11,414 nucleotides of DNA from an uncultured Candidatus Bathyarchaeia archaeon (GTDB lineage Archaea > Thermoproteota > Bathyarchaeia > Bathyarchaeales > Bathycorpusculaceae). Under the pieces are notes generated by a model, which was given only the letters and a program-made list of their open reading frames with translations, did not search any database and was not told the DNA's origin. Every line of letters begins with the position of its first letter. The first letter of the stretch is position 1. The stretch lies in assembly GCA_964450845.1 (NCBI GenBank), contig CAYVGZ010000049.1, positions 1 to 11,414 of the forward strand. The letters run 5' to 3'. Below, piece by piece: positions 5,517-11,414 of this stretch. The position numbers were made by a program, and so were the translations under genes.

Positions 5517-6452
5517 TTGTCTTCGTTTGACGAGAAGGTTGTTCTTGATATTCTGGAAAAAGTGAGTAAAAGTGTTGTTAACATAAGCACGATTAAGATT
5601 GTTCATCACATGTTTTATCAAGCGATTCCAGTGGAGGGAATGGGGTCCGGAACAATAATTGACCCGAAGGGGTACATTTTAACGAATAATCATGTGGTTG
5701 GTGGGGCAGAGAAAATAGGTGTGACGTTGTGGAATGGTGAAATTTTAGAAGGAAGACTGGTAGGTTCATGCGCTGTCCACGACACGGCGGTTGTGAAAGT
5801 TGATAGAAAAGGATTGTTTGCTGCAGAGCTTGGCGATTCGGACAAGTTGAGAGTAGGGCAGAGAGTTTACGCAATTGGAAATCCTTTCGGGTTGGCGGGT
5901 GGTCCAACGATAACTTCGGGCGTAGTTAGTGCTGTAAATAGGACGATCGAGTCGCGGAGGGGGCTTGTTGAGAATCTTGTTCAGACCGATGCAGCTATCA
6001 ATCCCGGCAACAGTGGCGGCCCGCTTGTGGATCTTGAGGGGAAGGTTGTTGCGATAAACACTGCGATTATCCCGTTTGCGCAGGGAATTGGGTTTGCGAT
6101 TCCAATAAATTCAGCTAAGAGCTGCACTGGTGAAATGATTAAAACTGGGATTTTCACTAGACCTTGGCTTGGAATAGTTGGTTTAAGCCTTACGGAGGAG
6201 TTAGCGCGCTATTATGATTTGCCACTTGATCGTGGAGTTCTCGTAACTAAAGTCGCTGAGGACAGTCCTGCGGAACATGCTGGAATTGTTGCAGGAGACA
6301 TGATTTTGAGGTTGGACAGAGGAGCCATTTACAGTATTGAGGATTTGCTTAGCGAGATTCATAATAGGAAAATTGGAGACAAGGTGAGGATTACAGTTTA
6401 TCGCAGGGGAAGAGAACAGACATTTGAAGCCACCTTGAGTCAAACGCCTTAA
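5517..6452 (+). CDS. htrA: HtrA/DegP-type trypsin-like serine protease with one PDZ domain, no signal peptide
   Basis: GSGTII, TNNHVV (His), HDTAVVKV (Asp), QTDAAINPGNSGGPL (Ser), RPWLGI and a PDZ segment GVLVTKVAEDSPAEHAGIVAGDMIL. Confidence 0.92.
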   Translation: MSSFDEKVVLDILEKVSKSVVNISTIKIVHHMFYQAIPVEGMGSGTIIDPKGYILTNNHVVGGAEKIGVTLWNGEILEGRLVGSCAVHDTAVVKVDRKGLFAAELGDSDKLRVGQRVYAIGNPFGLAGGPTITSGVVSAVNRTIESRRGLVENLVQTDAAINPGNSGGPLVDLEGKVVAINTAIIPFAQGIGFAIPINSAKSCTGEMIKTGIFTRPWLGIVGLSLTEELARYYDLPLDRGVLVTKVAEDSPAEHAGIVAGDMILRLDRGAIYSIEDLLSEIHNRKIGDKVRITVYRRGREQTFEATLSQTP

Positions 6453-6482
6453 ATAAAATTCTAGGTGATATCTTCCGAAAAA

Positions 6483-6495
6483 CCTCTCTTTTTCT
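6483..6495 (+). terminator. Possible oligo-T/pyrimidine terminator of htrA
   Basis: CCTCTCTTTTTCT about 30 nt after the stop codon. Confidence 0.35.
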
Positions 6496-6705
6496 AATCG
6501 CAAGACAATTTTACTCATTTCTTATCAGCGCTTCTTTACAGACAAGCCCTATAGCAAATGGACAAGTTTCAACTATAAATAAGGGGAATCTAGCCCCACA
6601 GAGCAAAAGCAAAAGCTTCCAAAGAATATTCACAGTCACCATCATATTTTTGCTTATAAACGAAACCAACATAACAGTATTTCGAGAATTAAAGGTGAAA
6701 ATGCA

Positions 6706-7521
6706 ATGAACACTGAAGAAGTTATGAAGTTATCTTTAAAACTTGCAGAGCTAAAAGAAGTTCCAAAAGACAGCGCTATATACGTAAGCAGTAGCAACAT
6801 TAGAAAAAGCTTGTTCGGCATAGATGCTGGTGTTCAAGAACTTTTGCTTGCAAAACAGCTGGATTATGATGCTGTGATTGCTCATCACCCAATAGGCGGA
6901 ACCGCAGCAATAAACTTCCATCATGTTTTCAAGAGGCATATTCAACAAATGGTTGCGGCAGGAGTTCCCTTGGAAGAAGCAGAAAAAACTGTTAAGAAAA
7001 AGCTTGAACAATTGGAAGTGGAAGCACATGCGCGAAATTATGCCCAAGCTGTGGATGTTGCAAAGCTTTTGAAAATGCCTTACATGAACATACACACGCC
7101 TTTGGATGAAGTTGGAAGAAAAATAATGAATGAACAGATCAACAGCAGAATCAGAAAAGACTCCAAAGTGCAAGAAGTGGTTTCCGCTTTAAAAGAGCTG
7201 CCCGAATTCAAAAACGCAGTAACCGAAATTGAGATCCGCCTCGGAAAACCTGAAAATCCCGCAGGAAAAGTTGTCGTTTCTCATGGAGCTGGAACTAATG
7301 GTGGTTATGAAATTGCAAAAACATACTTCGAACACGGCGTCGGAACAGTAATATACATTCACATAAGTGCAGGAGACTTAGAAAAACTAAAAGCTGACGG
7401 CATAGGAAACCTTATTGTTACAGGACACATTGCCAGCGATTCTGTGGGCATAAACCCTTTAATTAAGGAATTAGAGAAAAGGAATGTTTCAGTAACAAGG
7501 ATTGGAATAGTCCCAAACTAA
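6706..7521 (+). CDS. NIF3/DUF34-family dinuclear metal-centre protein
   Basis: VIAHHP, MNIHTPLD and TGHIASDS motifs. GGTGA SD at 6694-6698 and TATA-like CTTATAAA at 6653-6660. Confidence 0.8.
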   Translation: MNTEEVMKLSLKLAELKEVPKDSAIYVSSSNIRKSLFGIDAGVQELLLAKQLDYDAVIAHHPIGGTAAINFHHVFKRHIQQMVAAGVPLEEAEKTVKKKLEQLEVEAHARNYAQAVDVAKLLKMPYMNIHTPLDEVGRKIMNEQINSRIRKDSKVQEVVSALKELPEFKNAVTEIEIRLGKPENPAGKVVVSHGAGTNGGYEIAKTYFEHGVGTVIYIHISAGDLEKLKADGIGNLIVTGHIASDSVGINPLIKELEKRNVSVTRIGIVPN

Positions 7522-7763
7522 AAAGAAGAATTTGAACTAAGACTAGTTCGCTATCGCGACAAAGAAGAACATTATGACATTTTAACAAATAGAGTCGTAT
7601 GCTGCAGATGTTGGCTTAGCTGTAAAGCCTCAACCAAAATTCCCGCAAGTTGAGGATATTGCAAAAACTGATTTAAAGAAAACTTCGCCAAGAATGCTCA
7701 TTCAACAGCCATATTCTAAATTCATAAAACATGATTCTATGACAAATCTATAATCCAAAACAT

Positions 7764-7913
7764 ATGTCAAAAAATATTCTGCAGAAACAAAAATCAAACG
7801 AACACACTACATGCATTAAATGTAAGAAAAGGAACGCCACAGAAGAAGATCAAATGTGCGATAACTGTCGCTTTATGGTCGCCCTCGAAAATATCATTAA
7901 GACTAATGAGTAG
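7764..7913 (+). CDS. 49-aa zinc-finger microprotein (CxxC-x11-CxxC)
   Basis: Not in the ORF track. MSKNILQKQKSNEHTTCIKCKKRNATEEDQMCDNCRFMVALENIIKTNE*, from ATG 7764 to TAG 7911-7913. An in-frame TGA at 7740-7742 upstream fixes the start. Confidence 0.7.
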   Translation: MSKNILQKQKSNEHTTCIKCKKRNATEEDQMCDNCRFMVALENIIKTNE

Positions 7914-7977
7914 AAAATTCAACCGATCAGCACAGTTGAAATATATCGCTTCTCAAAGCTACTTACTTAAATGATAC

Positions 7978-8403
7978 TTAAACTTGGCTATATTTTCTTC
8001 TAAGAACATTCCGTATTTCCTCAACTTTCGCTTCCTTTTCCAGCATTTGCCGCTTCACTTGCTCGTCCATTTGAGCTTCGCGAGCCTCCGCTTCCCGATT
8101 ATACTTTTCGACGCCTCTGTTAGTTTGCTCCAAGACTTGCTTGACCCAATCAAGTTTTTCTTCAATTTCATCTGCTGTTGTTATAAGCCTAAGTTTATCA
8201 CCCATCGTGAAGAGTTTTCTATCCCATAATTGCCTACTTGATTTCCATTCCCGTTCAAAAATTTCCTGCCACACATGATCAGGAATGGAATCTAATGGGA
8301 GATCGATAATGTAAGCTCTGCGAAAATAATGGTCTCTCTTTATCGTAATACTGTCAATATCAACAGATTCTAAAAGCTTTACCTTTTTGACTATTTCTTT
8401 CAT
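7978..8403 (-). CDS. Hypothetical protein (141 aa) with C-terminal coiled coil
   Basis: I prefer ATG 8403 over TTG 8415 because GGAG (8410-8413) acts as an SD. The composition is protein-like, with a Glu/Lys/Arg-rich helical C-terminus. Confidence 0.75.
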   Translation of the reverse strand: MKEIVKKVKLLESVDIDSITIKRDHYFRRAYIIDLPLDSIPDHVWQEIFEREWKSSRQLWDRKLFTMGDKLRLITTADEIEEKLDWVKQVLEQTNRGVEKYNREAEAREAQMDEQVKRQMLEKEAKVEEIRNVLRRKYSQV

Positions 8404-8435
8404 ATTCAGCTCCAACTAATAATTGTTTTATTCGG

Positions 8436-8451
8436 CTTAAAAGTTCTGTCC
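8436..8451 (-). promoter_or_regulatory. Putative BRE-TATA of the 141-aa hypothetical gene
   Basis: The minus strand reads GGACAGAA-CTTTTAAG, 33 nt upstream of ATG 8403. Confidence 0.4.
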
Positions 8452-8487
8452 TAAAGACTAACCTAAGAATTTAACCCTATTTCAAGC

Positions 8488-10575
8488 CTATTTCTCGATT
8501 GAAACTTTGCTGGCTCCAGCTTCCTTCTCCAGCCGTATTACATGTTCAGCTTTTTCTGCAAACGCTTCGCTGTGTGTAACTGCTATTATTTGTTCAATAG
8601 CTTTAAAACGAGAGATTGCCTCGGCTAGACGATCTATTGAACCGTCTTCCCTTCCAAGGCTTTCAGTTGGCTCATCAAGCAAGAGCATGCTTAATCCATG
8701 ACCTGTCCTAGACTGCATAATTAGCTGACCCAAGCCGAGGCGATAGGCAAAGGCAAGCAATGTTCTTTCTCCACCAGACATGTTTGAAACATCCCTTTCA
8801 AAACCGCTTTCGCTCTTAACGTATGGCGTATAAGTCTCGTCGATTAGAACGTTTATTAAAGGTCCTTCTCCAGCTACCAGGTTGTCAAGAACTTGCTGAA
8901 CAAAGTTTCTTAGGACTTTTACAAATTCGCTACGCAGTTTGGGTTGGATGCTTCTGTAGGCATCTCGTATGCCGCCGATAATCTCGATTACCTTTGCTAT
9001 TTTCTCTACTCGCTCAATTTTTTGCTGAGCTTGGTCAACTCTATCTTTTGTTGCGTCCAAACGCTTAGTCAAATCTTCCTTGCGGTTTTCCTTAGTTCTT
9101 AACTCGGAATCCAGCAAATAATATTGCTTGAAGACTTGTTCTCTTTGGGTTCTTGCGGCTTCCATCTGGTTTACGTCGAAGCGGCTGATTTCTGTTCGTG
9201 CAGTTTCTAGTTGCAAACGTATTTCTTTCTCTAATTCTTGTTTCTCCTCAAATTCCTTTGAAAGTTCAGTTAAAGCCTGAGATTCTTCGTTTATGCGGAT
9301 TTTCAACTCTTCAACTCTTGGGGTAAGCATTTGCAAGTTTGAAAAGGCATCATTTGCCTTACTCTTTATTTGCTGCAGTTCTTCAATGTCACGTTGGAGT
9401 TGGCTTACAGTTTTTTGTCGCCCATTATTTTCTTCTTGAATCCTTTGCATCAGGCTGTTTTTGTATTCCTCCGTTAATGGTTGTAGGCAGAGCGGACAGC
9501 GGTTTTCAGTAGAAAGCGAAGAAATTCTTTTTTGGTCTTCTCGCGTGCTTCTAAAAGCTGCTTCTTGCTCGCCTTTCAAGGTGGAGATTTGGTCGTCAAA
9601 AGCTGTCAAATACCGTCTTAAGGCTTCAATCGGCTGGTCTGGCAAAATTCCAGCTTCTTTGAGTTTAGCTTTATGAGATTCTATTTGTGTTTCCGTTGCG
9701 TTTAGGCGTTGCTTCAAATTTTCAATGACACCCTTTTTGGCTTCAGTTTTTTCAGTTAATGTTGCGGATGCATTTTCAATGTTTGTTAGGTTTGCCTGCA
9801 TTTGGGCTTCTTTTCTTTTGAGTTCTTCTACGAGGATTTTTACTTCTTCCAGTTTTTTGAGTTTCAAGTCAGCTTCTTCTAGGGCTTTTTTGGTTTCGTT
9901 CAGCTTTTTTGCTGTTTCTTGCAGTTCAATTTCGGTGAGTGAAAGTTCTTCAACTGTGCGGTTGTATTCAGTGTTGAGTTTTTCCATTCCAACAACGTCT
10001 GGGTCTTTCTCGTAGGCTCTTCTTTCTCCTTCGTATTCCTTCTGATAACCTGCTAGATTGCTCCATGCTGTTTCGTAGTCTAACAAGCCAAACAATTCGT
10101 CTAAGCGCTTTTGTCTTTCTCTTGGAGTGGCGTCTAAAAGTTCTTTCAAGTGCTCTTGCCTGACCCATACTATTTCGCGGAAAAGTTCTTTTTCTAAGCC
10201 CGTTATTGCTTTAATTTGTTCGGCTACTGCGTCGCTTTTTACGCTTGCTATTAGGTTTTCGCCTTCGAAAAGTTTTAGTTCGTCAAAGTCTTGGCTTATG
10301 CCTTTGCCACGTCTTTTGAGCCCACGAGATATTTTGTAGTTTTTTCCATTGTGGGCAAATTGGATTGTTACTTTTCCATTGTTTGCGTCTTCGCGTAGTA
10401 GGTAGTCGTAGCTTCTGCCAAGGGGGTCTCCGAAGAGTGCGAAGTCTATGGCGTATAAGATACTGGATTTTCCGCATCCTAAACCGCCGACGAGACAGTT
10501 GAAGCCTCTTGCGAAGGGTATTGTTGATTTCGTGTGAGAGCGGATGTTTTCAAGTTGGACAATTTCGATTTTCAT
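8488..10575 (-). CDS. rad50: DNA double-strand break repair ATPase Rad50 (SMC/SbcC family)
   Basis: Walker A-like GGLGCGKSS, Q-loop VRQ, central zinc hook CPLC (residues 360-363), signature MSGGE, Walker B LLLDEPT, H-switch VTHS, long coiled coils. ATGA overlap with mre11 at 10572-10575. Confidence 0.93.
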   Translation of the reverse strand: MKIEIVQLENIRSHTKSTIPFARGFNCLVGGLGCGKSSILYAIDFALFGDPLGRSYDYLLREDANNGKVTIQFAHNGKNYKISRGLKRRGKGISQDFDELKLFEGENLIASVKSDAVAEQIKAITGLEKELFREIVWVRQEHLKELLDATPRERQKRLDELFGLLDYETAWSNLAGYQKEYEGERRAYEKDPDVVGMEKLNTEYNRTVEELSLTEIELQETAKKLNETKKALEEADLKLKKLEEVKILVEELKRKEAQMQANLTNIENASATLTEKTEAKKGVIENLKQRLNATETQIESHKAKLKEAGILPDQPIEALRRYLTAFDDQISTLKGEQEAAFRSTREDQKRISSLSTENRCPLCLQPLTEEYKNSLMQRIQEENNGRQKTVSQLQRDIEELQQIKSKANDAFSNLQMLTPRVEELKIRINEESQALTELSKEFEEKQELEKEIRLQLETARTEISRFDVNQMEAARTQREQVFKQYYLLDSELRTKENRKEDLTKRLDATKDRVDQAQQKIERVEKIAKVIEIIGGIRDAYRSIQPKLRSEFVKVLRNFVQQVLDNLVAGEGPLINVLIDETYTPYVKSESGFERDVSNMSGGERTLLAFAYRLGLGQLIMQSRTGHGLSMLLLDEPTESLGREDGSIDRLAEAISRFKAIEQIIAVTHSEAFAEKAEHVIRLEKEAGASKVSIEK

Positions 10576-11414
10576 TGTAGAAGCTCCTCTATGGTTTGCT
10601 TCACTTTTTCTTCTTGTTTTTTGGTTAGCGGTTCAATTAGGCTGACTGCGATGCGTGCTATTTTTTCGGCTTCGTCACGGCTGTGGCGTTCAGAGAAAAT
10701 TTGCAGGAAGTATTCGAAGGCTTTCGTTTTCAAATCTTTGAATTCGCTTTCGAAGATTGAGCGAACAAGTTCTTCTGAAACCTCGCTTTCACGTAACAAA
10801 ACAAGCGGGTGCACAAACAAAGCCTTTTCAGCAGCACTCCTAATCTTGGCAATATCCACTTCTGAACGGTTTGCTTCTGCAGGCAAAACTCCTTTCAACA
10901 CAGGAATAATGATTACTCCATCTTCATCAGCGCCCTTCACAAGTTGAACGGCTAATTCTGTAATTTTTGATGGAGTTACACCCGTAAAATCCTGTTCTAG
11001 AACAGTGAACTTGCGTGGAGATTCAAGCTCGATAAAGTCTGGTGAAACCGTTCCTTTTTCGTCCACTTTGACGTGGTAGAAGCCTTTTTTGATTTTGGTT
11101 TCGTCGTAGTTGACGGTTTCTGTGCATCCGCTGTAGACAAACAGTCCTGTTTTAAACTTTTCCTTGTAGGGTACGTGTATGTGTCCAGCAGCGTAATAGT
11201 TGAAGCCTTCTGGTATGAGTTCGGGTGGAGCCTCAGCCTCTATGTAAGGCGGCGTTACGCTTGGAAGGTCTAGTGCCATGTGAAAGGCGAAAATGTTGAA
11301 TAGGGTTGGGTCTGGTGTTGGTTTGTTTTGTTCCATGAAGACTGGAAGAGATTCTTCTGTTTTGCGTCTGGTTCTGAAGTTTGGCACGCCGTAAACGTAG
11401 CAGCAGTCTGGTTT
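10572..11414 (-). CDS. mre11: Mre11 nuclease, 3' part (5' end beyond the window)
   Basis: AFHMAL, YYAAGHIH, YSGCTE and KGFYHV motifs of the Mre11/SbcD phosphoesterase and capping domain. The frame stays open from 11387 to the window edge (KPDCCYVYG...). Coupled to rad50. Confidence 0.9.
   Translation of the reverse strand, partial: KPDCCYVYGVPNFRTRRKTEESLPVFMEQNKPTPDPTLFNIFAFHMALDLPSVTPPYIEAEAPPELIPEGFNYYAAGHIHVPYKEKFKTGLFVYSGCTETVNYDETKIKKGFYHVKVDEKGTVSPDFIELESPRKFTVLEQDFTGVTPSKITELAVQLVKGADEDGVIIIPVLKGVLPAEANRSEVDIAKIRSAAEKALFVHPLVLLRESEVSEELVRSIFESEFKDLKTKAFEYFLQIFSERHSRDEAEKIARIAVSLIEPLTKKQEEKVKQTIEELLQ

Noticed and set aside
6625-6650. Possible C/D-box sRNA (ATGATGG on the minus strand)
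   Set aside because: Imperfect box C and no correctly placed CTGA box D.
5593-7173. Minus-strand ORFs 5593-5907, 6201-6518 and 6751-7173
   Set aside because: Largely antisense to htrA or the NIF3-like gene; no recognisable motifs.
7519-7653. Stop-codon readthrough extension of the NIF3-like protein
   Set aside because: The stop is TAA (not a recoded TGA or TAG), the domain is already complete, and 43 open codons can occur by chance.
7918-7940. TTCAAC-N11-GTTGAA stem between convergent genes
   Set aside because: A 6-bp stem with a large loop and no T-tract is too weak to call a terminator.
7984-11273. Plus-strand ORFs overlapping the hypothetical gene, rad50 and mre11, and minus-strand 9968-10168 and 10283-10477
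   Set aside because: Antisense or alternate-frame shadows typical of low-stop coiled-coil coding sequence.
9500-11414. Local swings in G/T versus A/C strand skew within rad50 and mre11
   Set aside because: Explainable by amino-acid composition (Glu/Lys-rich coils versus Val/Leu-rich segments); no sharp boundary suggesting foreign DNA.
1-11414. tRNA, rRNA, CRISPR array, intact transposase or integrase
   Set aside because: No cloverleaf, rRNA-like tract, regularly spaced repeats or recombinase motifs were seen by eye.

Overview
Archaeal chromosomal window. GGTGA/GGAG Shine-Dalgarno sites, frequent TTG/GTG starts, BRE-TATA promoters and gene content suggest Bathyarchaeia or a related TACK lineage (inference). 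Left to right: a previously unlisted YHS/TRASH-like small ORF coupled to an AEC-family transporter; a dicluster ferredoxin with a 7Fe-type first motif; a convergent mvhG-mvhA-like (group 3c-type) [NiFe]-hydrogenase pair with no adjacent mvhD or hdr genes; a divergent pair of Cys-rich HTH regulators separated by a TATA box and three copies of a near-palindromic operator; a signal-less HtrA-type protease; a NIF3/DUF34 protein; an unlisted 49-aa zinc-finger microprotein; a 141-aa hypothetical protein; a compact Rad50; and the 3' part of mre11, which runs off the window. The best candidate for an undescribed system is 1252-5450. There, an MvhA-like large subunit keeps all four Ni-Fe cysteines but has both protein side-chain ligands of the C-terminal Mg site changed (RGFE to RGFD, and DPCxxCxxH to DPCIKCATR). 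It lies directly downstream of a triple winged-helix regulator carrying a CxxC-x7-C-x3-C motif and its operator array. No rRNA, tRNA, CRISPR array or intact mobile element was seen. All family assignments come from motifs read by eye; no searches were run.
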